From contig NC_087436.1 in the NCBI RefSeq assembly GCF_036321535.1, positions 67,644,001-67,708,000 of the forward strand: a DNA stretch of 64,000 bases, read 5' to 3'. Position 1 is the stretch's first letter. Each line of letters opens with the position of its first letter. A program made the position numbers and the translations under genes. The notes under the pieces are model-generated. The model did no database searches. It saw only the letters and a list, made by a program, of their open reading frames with translations, and was not told the origin of the DNA. This document shows, one piece after another, positions 1 through 12,779 of the stretch. The DNA is from Camelus dromedarius (taxonomy: Eukaryota).

Positions 1-260
1 CCACATTAAAGAGTTGTATAATGGAAGCTTCTCTAAGAAGGCAGCATTATAATCTGAGACCTGAATGACAAGAAGGAGCCAAAAAATGTGACTATAGGGG
101 AAAGAATTTCAAGGCAGAAGGACTAGGGTGGGAAAAGGCTTGTCAAGTTAAGGAAGAGAGAGGCTACAGTGGCTAGTGGGGAAAAGCAAATAAGAAAGAA
201 CCTGGAGATGTAGGCAGGGCTAGATCACAAAAGACTTTTTTGGGAAAACATAAGAATTTT
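1..260 (-). mobile_element. LINE-2 (L2) fragment
   Basis: Purine-rich text (ctgagacctgaatgacaagaaggagcc ... gtaggcagggctagatca) resembles the antisense L2 3' region as recalled. Confidence 0.7.
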
Positions 261-279
261 AGTGAAGTTTGCAAAATAA

Positions 280-2985
280 GTTCTGAATAAATGAAAAGGT
301 AAGTCATGTTTATGGAGGAGAAAAAATACATAATTTTAAGTATCTATTCTGTCTATATCCATATTAATAAACTCAACAAAATCTCAATTTAGAATCTCAC
401 ACAGTATTTAGGGGACTTGTCCAACAAACTGAAAGTTAATATGAGATTATTTAGTACAAAGATGGCCAAGACAATATTTAAAAATAAGGAGATGAACAAT
501 AAGAAGAACAAAGAGGGAATTTGCCTCTTTTGATCAAACATATTACAAAGCTGTGTATTTTAAAACAAGTGGTATTGGCAAGGAATAAACAAATTATTCA
601 GTGGAGTGAAATAAAATATTTGGAAATGGTTTGAAGCATATGTGGAAATGACAGAGACTACTAAGGGGAAAAAATAACCTCTTCTATCAGAGATTATAAC
701 ACTAGCTAGTTACACAGAAAGTGAGTCAAGTTATATTTTTGCTCGGTGGAGTTCACAAAACTGAATTCAACAGGATTACTAGCTTAACATCTCAATTAAA
801 GTATGAAGCCTTATAAGAATGAAAACATATATAATAACTTCCACAGAAGCCAAAACTTTTTTCAATAAAATGTAAGACCCATTCATCATAAGAACACTTG
901 ATAAAATTGGATATGACCATATGTATGTGTGATTAAGAGATGGAGAGATGTTTTATATGTATATATGCAGGTGATATATTTGGGTATTATGTATCTAGAA
1001 AATCAAAAAGAGCCAACTGAAAATCCTATTACAAACAAGCTAATTTAATAAATCAAAATTTGCATACTGTAATTTATAAAACTAGGTAAAATCATATGGC
1101 TTCATATGTAAAAATAATTGTTTAGATCATAAAATAAATGAAGATCCCATTTGTAATAAAAACAAAACTGTTATAATATCTAGGCATAAATTTAACAAGA
1201 AGTAGGCAAAAAACTGACTATATGAATGTAAACTAATACACTGCTAAAGCACACAAAAGAAGAGAGAAAGAAATGAAAAATACCATATTCTTGAACAAAA
1301 AGCCTCACATCCTTAGGATTTTCTTTTAGTTTATAAATGTATCATGTTTACATCAAGAAGAGTCATTTTTATTTCTTCCTCTATAACAAAATACCATAAA
1401 TTTTGATTAAAATTTGCAGAATATGCATTAAATAGAAAAACTACGGGAAAAAGCAATAATGAAGGAGTAGGTATATCAGAAATTGAAACAGTTTATAAAG
1501 CCTATATTTTAAGACCATATAAAATTTATAGATAGATGGAAAACTAATGAAATAGAAATAGAAACTCCAAAAAAGGTACCCAAGATTTATAGAAACTTAG
1601 TATTTAATAAAGATGGTTATCTCAAAGCATTAGCGAAAATACAGATGATGTGGCAATAATTAGCCATTGGAGGAAAAGATCTATTGGCCATTTTTTGCAA
1701 GACAAAGCAAAATAAAACAAAATGTAAATGCCACAAATTAAATAAAAATGACATGAAAAATAGGAAGAAATTAATGAGCTGAATACTTAAAATGGGATAT
1801 GAATTATACAAAAAGTCTATGACAAATTGAGATTAAAATGCCCAAAAAATCAAATGAAATGAATAAATTATATGAACAATCAAGCCAAAAGAATGAAAAT
1901 TCAGATTAGCATAAATACATAATTAGAAACTCAAAATTCTTTAAAGAATGAGAGCTTTATAGAAAGAGAAAATTTAAAAATACACTCAAATATCATCCCT
2001 CACCTATTAGATTTGCAAAAATCCAGTATTTTGATAGCACAGCCGTTAGTGAGGCTGTGGGGATAGAGACTCTAATATGTTTCAGTGGAATGTAAAATGG
2101 TTGTAACCTGTATGGAGGGGAAAATGGCAAAATATAGCACAATTACATATTCATTAATTTACAAAAAGACCAAATTGCTAGGAATCCGTATCAAATGTAA
2201 AGTTGATAAAAACTGAAATGGTGTATCTACAATATTGTTAGTTATGATAATAATTATAAATAAAAATGAGAAGCAATCAGATTCCCATTCCCATATAGTA
2301 TGCAAAATTAACAATGTATCAGTACAGCCTAGTATTGTGGAAATTTACATAGAAATGATCTCAATTCACAGAGTGTAAAATGTTACTGAAAAACAAACTA
2401 AAAAAGTGAAGAGATGTACTATGTTCATAGATGGGGAAATGAGAATCACACATATCAATTTTTCAAACTAAATCTATAAATTCTTTTCACGTCAATTTTA
2501 ATAAAATTTTCCATACCCTGTGTTAGAATAGTAATTCTAAATTTCATCTTACTGAATAAAGTTATAATACAGACGATACAATTTTGAAAAACAGAACATG
2601 GAGGGGTTAACTGCCTAACCAGAAATCAGGGTTAATTATAAAGCTATAAATTTATGATCCACAAGGAAACACAGTGATCAATGCAAACATAGCATGAAGA
2701 TAGATCCATCCTAATATTTTATATGGCACTAAAATAAAATTAATGTTATTGGGGTAATTGATTTTCCATATAAAAATATATAAAACAACTACATCATATC
2801 ATAGATAATAACCATTTCTTGATAAAGAACAGACCTGAATGTTAAAAACTTTAGAAGAAAATCTATGAGATGAATCTTTATAATGCTGTAATGAATTAGA
2901 TAGTTTCTTCTTTAGCAATATGTAAAAATATAAAATATAGATTAAAGTGCAAGGAAATAGGACTTTTGTTAAAAAAAAAAAAGAC
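280..2985 (+). mobile_element. Ancient L1 (L1M-type) ORF2 C-terminal fragments, several decayed pieces
   Basis: Degenerate L1 ORF2 motifs, e.g. tattacaaagctgtgtattttaaaacaagtggtattggc (YYKA..IK..WYW-like) near 541-580 and cacctattagatttgcaaaaa near 2001; many stops and frameshifts. Confidence 0.7.
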
Positions 2986-2989
2986 CTTT

Positions 2990-5900
2990 GGAGGGAGATC
3001 AAGATGGCTGAATAGAATGACACTGAGCTCACCTTCCCTCACAAACATAAAAATTACAACTACAAACTAGGAAAATGATCCCTGAGTTTAAAATTTGCAG
3101 GTAATAACTACTGTATATAAAATAGATAAGTTTATACTGTATAGCACAGGAAACCCTATTCAATATCTTGTAGTAACCTATAATGAAAAAGAATATGAAA
3201 ACAAATATATGTATGTATATGTATGACTGAACTATTATGCTATACACCAGAAATTGACACAACACTGTAAACTGACTATACTTCAATAAAGTAAATAAAC
3301 AAATAAATAAGTACAGCTACAAGAGAAACCTTTAAAAATGGAGACTGGCAGAATGGCTTTTCTACAACAAAGGCTGTGAAAAATGATTCACATAGAATCT
3401 GGTAGAAAGGGAAGAGAAGTGACCAGTTTGGGATCTGAACCCCTGGCCAAGGACCCAGAAGAGGAGGGCTTGGGTATCATCCCTTGGGTGTGAGGGATTC
3501 CAGCTACATATTAGACACCCCAACTCCAGGGTCTGACTACAAGAAGATGACCCTCCTTAGCTGGCTTGAAAATCAGTGGAGAGGCCTACAAGAAATCAAG
3601 ACTTCTCTCTTGAAGAGCACGTACATACTTGCTTTCTCTGGGTCACAGAGAGAAGGAAGCAGATTGAAAACTGCCTGGGACTCTGGCCAGGTTGACAGGA
3701 CCACCCCAGTGCACACCCCAGCCTACACTAGGCTCCTACTCCAGCCTCTTTTGCTCCAGTGCTGCTCTCCACAAGGGCAGAGTCTGCCATTGCCAACAAG
3801 ACTGCACACACTTAGAGAGAATGGAGCCAGCTCAGACCCCTGCCTCTGACAAAAGCAGAATTCATTAACAATGTGTCTATCCCTGTCCAATTTGGGAAGA
3901 GTGAAACTAGCTCCAGGGTGCAGACTGCCATCACTGGTGGGAGCAATCCCAGCTCAACAGTGTGGCACCAACCCCTCTGGCCCTGACCCAGCCTCTAACC
4001 AAGTCACACACACACTGGGAAAATGTGAAACTAGCACAGAAGTGAAGCCCCAAGCCCTCAGGCCCCTGCCATGACCTCAACCAAGGCAGAGACTACCATC
4101 ACACTCAGAAGAAAACTCAGGGCTCCTACTCCAGGCCTTCATGCCCCACCCCCACTCATGATAGAGCAGGAATGGCCATTGAGTACAGAAGAATCCACAG
4201 CTTACATCTGGTTCTGGCTCTAGCCCCTCCAACTCCAGCCATACCTCCCACTAAAGTGATGCCTGGGAGAAAGATGTGGCCCATGTTCACTTCAGATCCA
4301 GTTCTCCGATCAAAGCAGTGGGTACACACAGACTGCGTAAGAATGCTCCCACACAAGGGCACAACTTCAAGGTAACTACATCACCTAATTTCACAGACAT
4401 AGAGAAAGTTTAACAAAATGAGAGGACAGAAGAATGCTTCAAATGAAAAAACAAGAAAAATCTCCTGGAAATATCCCTAATGAAACAGAGGTAAATAATT
4501 TACCTGATAAAGAGTTCAAAGCAATATTAATAAGAATGCTAACTGGAATTGGAGAAAATAATAGATGAACATAGTAAGATTTTTAACAAGAACTAGAAAA
4601 TATGTCAAGGAACCAACCAGAGCTAAATAATACAATAACTGAAGTGGAACACAGAAAAAATTTAACAGCAGATTAAGTGATTCAGAACATATAAGTGATG
4701 CAGAAGACTGAATAATGGAAATTACCCAATCAGAATAGCCAAAATAAAAACAAATTTTTAAAAATGAGAATAGTTTAAAGGACCTCTTAAACAATATCAC
4801 ATATACTAATATTTGCATTAAAGTGGTCCCAGAAGGAGAAAAGAGACAGAAAAGGGTAGAAAATGTATTAGATAAAATTATGGCAGAAAATTTACCAACC
4901 ATGAAGAAAAAAAAAAAAAATCTAGTTACAGGAATAACAGAGAATCCCAAATAAGATGAACCCAACGAGACCCACACCATAATGTATCATAATTAAAGTG
5001 GTAAAACATAAAAAAAAAAAAAAACCCTAGAAATAAACTTAACCAAGGAAGTGAAAAACTTATACCCTGAAAACTATAAAATAATGATGAAGCAAATTGA
5101 AGATGATACAAAGACATAAAAACATACCCTATGTTCTTGGACTGGAAGAATTAATACTGTTAAAATGGCCATACTAACCAAAGCAATCTATAGAGTATGC
5201 ATATTATTCACAAAACTAGACAAAAAATTCCACAACTCATAGGGAACCACAAAAGACCCCAAATTGCCATTGTAACTCTGAGGAAAAAGAACAATGCTGG
5301 AGACATAACCCTTCCAGACCTCAGACTATACTACAAAGCTACAATCATCAAAACAGTGTGGTATTGGTACAAAAACAGACATATAGGTCAATGGAACAGA
5401 ATAGAGAGCCCAGAAATTGGTCGATTAATCTACAACAAAGGAGGCAAGAATATACCATGGGAAAAAGACACTCTCTTCATAGGGTGTTGGGAAAATTGGA
5501 CAGCTACATGTAAATCAATGAATTCAAAAGATAAGATAAGCAGTACACTCTTTGACGTAAGTCATGACAATAATTTCTTGGATATGTCGCCTTATGCAAG
5601 GGAAACAAGAACAAAAATAAACAAATGAGATCTAATTAAAATGAAAACTTTTTGCACAGTCAATGAAACCATCAACAAAACAAAAAGACAACCTCTGAAT
5701 GGGTGGAAATACTCGCAAATATGTCTAATAAGGGGTTATACCCAAAATATATAAGGAGCTTATACAATTCAATATCAAAAAAGACAAACAACCGAATTTT
5801 TAAAATGGGAAGAAGATGTGAATACATCTTTTCCCAAGAGGACATACAGACAGCCTATAGGCAAATGAAAAGATGCTCAATATTACTAATCATCAGGGAC

Positions 5901-6727
5901 CTGCAAATCAAAACCACAGTGAGATATCACCTCACATCTGTTAGAATGGCTATCATCAAAAAGATCACAAACAACAAATGTTGGCAAGGATGTGGAGAAA
6001 TGGGAGCTCTTTTACAGTATTGGTGGGAATGTAAATTAATGCAGCTACTGTGGAAAGCAGTATGGAGGTTCCTCAAAAAACAAAAATAGAGCTACCATAT
6101 GATCTAGGAATTCCACTCCTGGGTATATATCTGAAGAAAATGAAAACACTAATTCAAAAAGATACATGCACCCCAATATTTATAGCAGCATTGTTTACAA
6201 CAGTGAGGATATGAAGGCAGCCCAGGTGCCCATCAACAGATGAATGGATAAAGAAGGTGAGATATATGCAGACACAAACATATGCATACAGTAGAATACT
6301 ACTCAGCTATAAAAAAGAATGAAATTTTGCCATTCACAACAATATGGATGGATCTGGAGGTTATTATGCTTAGTGAAGTAAGTTGAACAGAGAAAGATAA
6401 ACCCCATATTTTCACTTATATGTGGAACCTAAAAAATAACGCAAATAAATGAATATAACAAACAGAAACAGACTCACAGACACAGAGAACAAACGAGTAG
6501 TTACCAGTGGGGAAAGGGCTGAGGAGAGGGGCAAGATAGGAGAAGGGGATTAAGAGGTACAAACTATCAGGTATAAAATAAATAAGGTACAGGAATGTAT
6601 TGTGCCACAAAGGGAATATTAGCAACATTTCATAATAACTTTATATGGAGTATTACCTATAAAATATTGAATTGTGTTGTTTACCTGAAACTAATACAAT
6701 ATTGTAAATCAACTATACCTCAATTTT
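2990..6727 (+). mobile_element. L1 with 5'UTR, partial ORF1, internal deletion, ORF2 C-terminus and 3'UTR
   Basis: 5' caagatggc (YY1-type L1 start) at 3000-3008; GC-richer 5'UTR to ~4400; ORF1-like NLPDKEFK from ~4495; track ORFs 5197-5628 (LPDLRLYYKATIIKTVWYW..QWNRIESPEI) and 5703-6089 ([24 protein letters not shown]) are L1 ORF2; 3' end tcaactatacctcaat; degenerate flanking repeat 2975-2989/6728-6742 (11 of 15 identical). Confidence 0.92.
3066..3306 (+). mobile_element. 5'-truncated younger L1 3' end inserted in the 5'UTR of the larger L1
   Basis: Ends ...ccagaaattgacacaacactgtaaactgactatacttcaataaa plus A-rich tail; homologous within the window to 31141-31360 (minus) and 56638-56825; TSD-like aaaattacaactacaa (3050-3065) / ataagtacagctacaa (3307-3322), 13 of 16 identical. 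Confidence 0.88.
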
Positions 6728-6734
6728 AAAAAAT

Positions 6735-6940
6735 TAACTTTTTGCAAATAAAGACATTATAAATCAAGTCAGAAGATACCAAAAGACTGGAAGAAGTCAT
6801 TTTCTATAGAAGTAAAACAAAGGATTTGTACCAGACTATAAAAAGATGAATATGGATGGAGAAAAAAATAGTGAGAGTTTAATAGAATAGATGGACAAAC
6901 AGGGAATACATGGAAAAAAAATAATCCAGATAACCAAACA
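6735..6940 (+). mobile_element. Continuation of the ancient L1 interrupted at ~2985
   Basis: tttgcaaataaagacatt...gactggaagaag resumes the ORF2 region (NFC..KD....DWEK-like) that broke off at 2985. Confidence 0.6.
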
Positions 6941-6954
6941 ACAAAGAAAAAACT

Positions 6955-7145
6955 ATGTCAGAAAATTCTATTAGCTCAATCTTCAAAATATTTATACAAT
7001 AGAAGGACTTCACACCATTTCTATTAGTGTATCTATGGACCAAACCACATCATCTTTCACCTAGATTATCGTATTAGCAATCTGTTATTCCTGCTTCTTC
7101 CTTTGCTTGCTTTCTTCATTCTGTTCTGAACACAGTAGCTAGAGC
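6955..7145 (+). mobile_element. L2 fragment
   Basis: atcttcaaaatat...catcatctttcacctagattat...aacacagtagctagag resembles the L2 sense 3' region. Confidence 0.65.
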
Positions 7146-7169
7146 TGGGGTTGTTTATGTTGTTGTTAC

Positions 7170-7330
7170 TGTTTCTGCCATCGTCCCTTTTGGCACTCTA
7201 GTGATGCCCATAGACCCCTTTGCAGAGAAGTATTTTTAATGCAATAAAATAAAACACATGGGATTTCAAAGTAAACCCATTATATTTAGATATGGTTAAA
7301 CAATTTTTAAAAATTATGTTCTAGTAATAC
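7170..7330 (+). mobile_element. hAT-Charlie DNA transposon end (Charlie7/MER119-like)
   Basis: cccttttggcactctagtgatgcccatagacccctt...aaaataaaacacatgggatttcaaagtaaacc matches a recalled Charlie-type terminal region; subfamily uncertain. Decayed internal sequence may extend to ~8340. Confidence 0.55.
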
Positions 7331-8406
7331 TAACAAGATATTTCAAACAGAAAGGCAGATTAAATTTCATTTTTATAGAAACATTAGGAAGGCTGTTTTT
7401 GTTTGTTTTGAATAAAAACATTAGATCTTAATCTTTAATTAAGAAAAATAAATATTATGTATTTACATAATTTTGATTGGTTTGTTTGTTTTGGTAGTTG
7501 TTAGTATTGAAAAACCCTGATTTGTAAAGATATGGTTTGAAAATGGAATTAAAATATCCTTAGTTCATTTTTTTTCCAGATTCAGCCAGGCTTCTCTCAA
7601 TACCTACCCCCATTTTCCAAGGTTCTGATTTAATTTCTAATTTTAGTGAATTATTCTAGTTTCTAAGTTTGATGAGTTTATCTTTGATAAGGTCAACATT
7701 TCTGAAAAAAATTTAATCAGAAAAAAATGGTGATTTGAGTCATTGCCATCAAGATAAATATATACTTTTAAAGAATTATGAAATGTTCCCAAGTATTTGC
7801 ACATTTGTATTTTCAACAATATTGAACAAATGCATATCTTAACTCCATTTTATTAAAGCACTTGTTTCAGCTTTGGAAAGAAGTCAAAGCTACCAGACCC
7901 TTCTCTTTTATCAGTATCAGTAATTTAGCTAAGACACCTTACAACTATTTAGTAACTTTCATGATTGTGACTTTGGAATCTTGAACACAAAGATTGACCT
8001 CGTTTTTGTGATCAAAAAATCTCACAGGTACCCAATTCATGAATAAAATCCTTTTCTTTCAAAATGCCCCAATAGCATTTGTTTTCCTTTTCTTTCAGAG
8101 AAAAAGTTGAATTTTGGTTGTCCTTAGTAGAAACAAATGCTTTAGGACTGTCCTCTTCAAAGACTACTACTTTCCATGTGGTATATAAAAAAAGTCATAT
8201 TCTGTAAGTATATCTTGAAAAATGTTTTAAAAATATATTTCACAGATTGGTTGATGATTTTTATAGCTGTTAAATTTTCTTACAGTGCTACTGTAAAGTA
8301 AAAAAGCATTGAGTGACAACTGATTGCAGCAAAGCAAGATGCATCACCAAGTACCAAACATCAACACTATGTGCAAAAGGAAGAAAATGAAACTCTTCTT
8401 TCCAGC

Positions 8407-8973
8407 TGCATCATTTTCCTATAGCTACTCTAACAAATTATAACAAATTTGGCAGCTTAAAGTCACAGAAACTTATTCTCTCACAGTTCTAAAAGCCAGA
8501 AGTGTGAAATCAGTATCACTGAGCCAAAAATCAAAGTGTTGGCAGGGCCACACTTCCTCCAGAGACTCTAGAGGAGAATCCATACCTTCTGGCTTCTAGA
8601 TTCTGGTGCTGGCCACAGTATGCCTTGAACTGCGACTGCATTATCCCAAACTCCAAGCAAGGCCAGGCACTTCTAATCCCTCTGTTCCATCTTCACATTG
8701 CCTTCTCTGTATGTGCATCAAATCTCCCTCTTCTTCTCTCTTATAAGGACACTTGTGATTTCATGTAGGACCCATCCAGACAATCCAAGAGAATTTCTCC
8801 ATCTGATAATCCTTAATTTAATCATATCCCAAAGACCATTTTCCTTAGAGATTAGACACTAATATCTGTGGTGAGAGTGGGAGTGGTGGTAGGGGGCTAT
8901 ATAATGGAATATATATAATAATATATAATAATGGAATATATAATAATAATGTTCCATTATTCTGCCTACCACA
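8407..8973 (-). mobile_element. MaLR solo LTR (MLT1D-like)
   Basis: TG...CA ends with perfect 5-bp TSD ccagc (8402-8406, 8974-8978); MLT1 motifs ttattctctcacagttct, cttataaggacacttgtgat, ttctgcctaccaca. Confidence 0.92.
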
Positions 8974-11900
8974 CCAGCCATAATTTTATTCAGGAGGAAC
9001 AAACCCAATTTTTCTATTTCTTAAATAGTAACTATTTTTTTCAGTTTAGCTTTCAAAAGTGATTCACAATCAAAACTGAATAAAATCTTCAATGGCCACA
9101 ACAGGAGGAGAGGTAGGTATTTATTCCTTCCTCAGCTTAAATCAAGCAAGGGATTTAAGGAGGGGTTAATTAGCATCTCTTAAAATTGTTGGGGCTCAGT
9201 GGACTGGTATATGAGCCTCTCTGAAAAATCTAAAGGACGAGCAACTCAAAGAGGAAGATGGAGGAATTTAGCTATCAAGTAGAATCACCCAGCACACATA
9301 CAGTTTGTAAGGCAGAAAATGAAGGAAGGATTTTTCCATAGACAAAATGGGGACCTTATATACAGGAGAGCTAACTGATGGGACCCTAAGAATAAGAGAG
9401 AGAGCTTTTCTAATTAGGCCCCAAGAACCGGAAAACAAAAGACAAGTTTTAAGGACCCATGAAGGAGAATGCATCACTTATCCCAAGCAGTGGCGGTAAG
9501 GGAGTTGTCTTACAAGAATTTACAACAATTTCCCTCCAGAGAAAGAGTCAAAGTTCAACAACTATCAAGACCACCACGTGCAGCTCCAGCTCCTAAAGCA
9601 TAAGACAGGAAGGAAATTCTATGTCTCTTTAGTTGCTTCCTTCTTCAAACTTCAACCCTAGAAAGGTCAGAAATTGAGAGAAAGTAGGAATAAGAGAAGG
9701 GGGAAAAAAAAGAACCCAATTCACAAAAGATGAGCTAATTGAGTAATTAATTTGGCTGGATTTTATGACACTTAAGGAGAAAACAAAGCAATTAGATTTA
9801 ATGGATTGTTTCCAATTTCTAGTAGGAAAAAAAAGTACACATTTGTATGCATAGATGATAATTTTTAAGACAAACAGAACCTTGTTCATACTTTAAATCA
9901 TGAATAAAAAGTAAGACTGGAGTTTGCTAAAAAGCAGTCTTTTTTTAGTGTCTAATATATTATTTGTTCATATTCATGACATGTAATCACTTAAAAATCA
10001 CCGTTTTCTTAACATGCATTATGTTCCTTATGCCACTTTCACACTCTCCTAGCATCCCATTAATAAAAAGTATCACTGCTTATATTTTTGTCCTGCCATT
10101 TTTAATCAGGTAAAAAAATCATAATTGTACAGTTTAGAGGTCATGGACTAAATTTAAACACTGATGCATTTGAAATTTCCATAAAACTACTGCTTATGCC
10201 ATTGAGGATGAGAAGTTTGTTAATTTTACCATCTAGATTTCAAATAGAGTTGTTGCAGTTATTTTACAAATAAGATCACAGACAAACATGATCAAGTGCT
10301 TTCTATTCATATGCCATCTCAAGGACATACTTTATTTCCACAAATAACCATGTGAAAATAATAGCATAACATATCCTGTTAACCATCACAAGCCCAGAGG
10401 CTCAGGCTCTTAAATTGAGTTGCTGCCCACTTGCTCACTTGAAAGTTCATTATATATATTTATATATATATATAAAATCAGAGATCTCAAAATATGGTTA
10501 CCTCCTAATGGTAATTTTTCTTTTTGGCATTGTATTATATAGTATAGCTCATGTTTAGCATTTAAGAAGTTGCAGCTACATTCCATTATCAAAGACGTAT
10601 TTGTTAAAACATGCATATAAAAGGATTTGTAATTGAAGCACAGCTTTGATATATTTAATAGGATGTAAAACTGCCATCCTATTTTAATAGGCAATGTTTT
10701 ATGTGCATTAGCAGTAATATAATAATGCCTCTTCCGTGTGCTCTTGCCATTAGCACTTTTTCCCTCCCTTTCTTTTAGTTAATCTTAAAAGTTTAATGTA
10801 ATCCAAACACATTAACATCTTTTTTCCCCCTTACTGTTCTTGAACAGAGGGAGCTTTGAAAAGAACTTTCCTTAATTGAAGGATAGTTACTGTACAACTT
10901 GATCATCAGTACTTCTCCTCCACTTCTGCCTGCCTGTTGATTCATGTACACTCTTTCCTGCTTTGGAAATACTTATGGTTTCTGAAAGTGTTAGACTGGA
11001 GCAATGAAGGAAATCAAAGCGAGTCAGAATGCAGAAAATCAACAGGGAATGAATTTCACGCATTTAAGAGCATCTGTATTCTCTTATGTGCTATTAGGCC
11101 AAGCCACTTCTGATAGCACTGAATGAAAATGAGAAAACAGTGGGTGTACCACTTTATGACTTAATAATGGCAGAGTCATTGGCATTATCACAAAAACTCA
11201 TGAGTAGTAGCTTACAGGATTTTTTTTTTTAATTTTTTAATTTTCCCTGATTCGGACTGTATTATTTTTTCTTATGATATGTTAGTATGATTTGTAACAT
11301 TGTCCTTAAAGAGTGTGGCATGTAGGAGTATGTCAAGAAAAGTTAATCAAACGGATGGGAATTATCTGATTGAGTTGTGCAAAAGTAGTCTTATCTGGAT
11401 TGCAGCTAAATAACATGCACACAGCTGTGGTAGCAAGACAGAGGGACAATCTTGCCTTCAAACAGCAGGAGAAAACTGTATGGTTTAATGGTCTGAGATT
11501 CTGAGCTGTAATAAACTGCATCTCAAATTTAATAGTTTCTTATTCTCTCAGGAGTAATTTTTCATACTTATTTAATTGTTTCTATGATATATAAACTGGA
11601 GATGCTGAACTCAAAGGCAATTGGGTGGGTTCTCCTCTTCAACTTCAGCAAAGCTTGGGAGTTCGAAGCTTCTGGGACAAGGTAAGTTAATCTAGAATTC
11701 TTTCAGAAATTAGACAAAATCCTAGACTTCAGTATTGAGGCTGCATTAAGGGGACTCAACATAATTGAAAATATCCCAGGGCACTTGAATGTATTTGCTA
11801 CTCTAGAAGTTTTCTGTTATCTGGAGTTTATTAAAGGGTAAAGGCTTCATTTCAACAGAGGTGTTTACCTCTGGAAATTTCTATTAACTAAGTTGCAGTT

Positions 11901-12427
11901 GTTTATATTAAGCTATGTTACTAATCAGTATCAACAGAAAATTTTCTTCATGTAAAATTTAAAGGTGAAAGTTACTTCATATAGATATTACCATGCAAAA
12001 GCTTTAGAGAATCAATGTCTCATTTCACTCATTCATTACACAGAATGTATGTATTTCTCACTTTCACATTTTAAACAAGTATGTCTTTAAATGTTGCTTT
12101 AATCAAGAGGATGCTGCAGTCTTATTTCTTTTAAAAACATACATATCACAAACTTTCATAAGACTAATATTGGCATTTAATTAGAAGATACCTCTCAATG
12201 CAATGATCTCATTTCAGAGCGTAATCACTTAATGTACTTACTCAGTATCTTAAGCACAAATGATATGTGGTATATTTTCCATTCTATAGTCCCTTGTTCA
12301 ATAATTTGTGGATGCCTTTTCTATTTGTTAATGTTTGGGTGATAAGGGAATTACATACATAAATTCTAGTTCTGTTACTTTCAGGATACGTATTATTTTT
12401 AGGTAGATGATACATAGATAGAGGACC

Positions 12428-12444
12428 GAGAGAGAGAGAGAGAG
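12428..12444. repeat. (GA)n microsatellite
   Basis: gagagagagagagagag seen directly. Confidence 0.9.
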
Positions 12445-12779
12445 CAACTGATTTCCTGAAAATATTACTTACTGAACATTTGGAAAGGTAGTATTAGATA
12501 TTATACAGAAGTTCTGAGTCTATCCATAGAAAGTGTTTTAAAAAAATCAAACAAAACCTTGTTTCAAAGAGTGAAAATATCATCCCTGTCTTGGCTCTAA
12601 TAACTCAAGTATAAGAGAAAAGATTATCTGAAATACTGATTCCTAAAATTTTGAATTCATGTGTAAATAAATTACAAAAAAAGAGAATGTTCAAGAACAA
12701 TGCACAGGTAGAAAAATCAGAAAATACATAATCTACAAATTTAAAAATTGTCATTTACATTAAACAGACTTACCCATAT

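Noticed and set aside
3484..4375. GC-richer ORFs as a gene or CpG-island promoter
   Set aside because: Region is the CpG-decayed 5'UTR of the L1 starting at 2990.
4516..4980. 154-aa minus-strand ORF, and the 154-aa ORF at 21040-21504 with a His run
   Set aside because: The first is antisense to A-rich L1 ORF1; the second lies largely in L2 and its HHHHH comes from a (gat)n repeat. Composition artefacts.
5197..6089. ORFs of 143 and 128 aa (also 31854-32150, 52721-52993, 54527-54877) as host genes
   Set aside because: They are frameshifted L1 ORF2 fragments; no intact ORF1 or ORF2 exists in the window.
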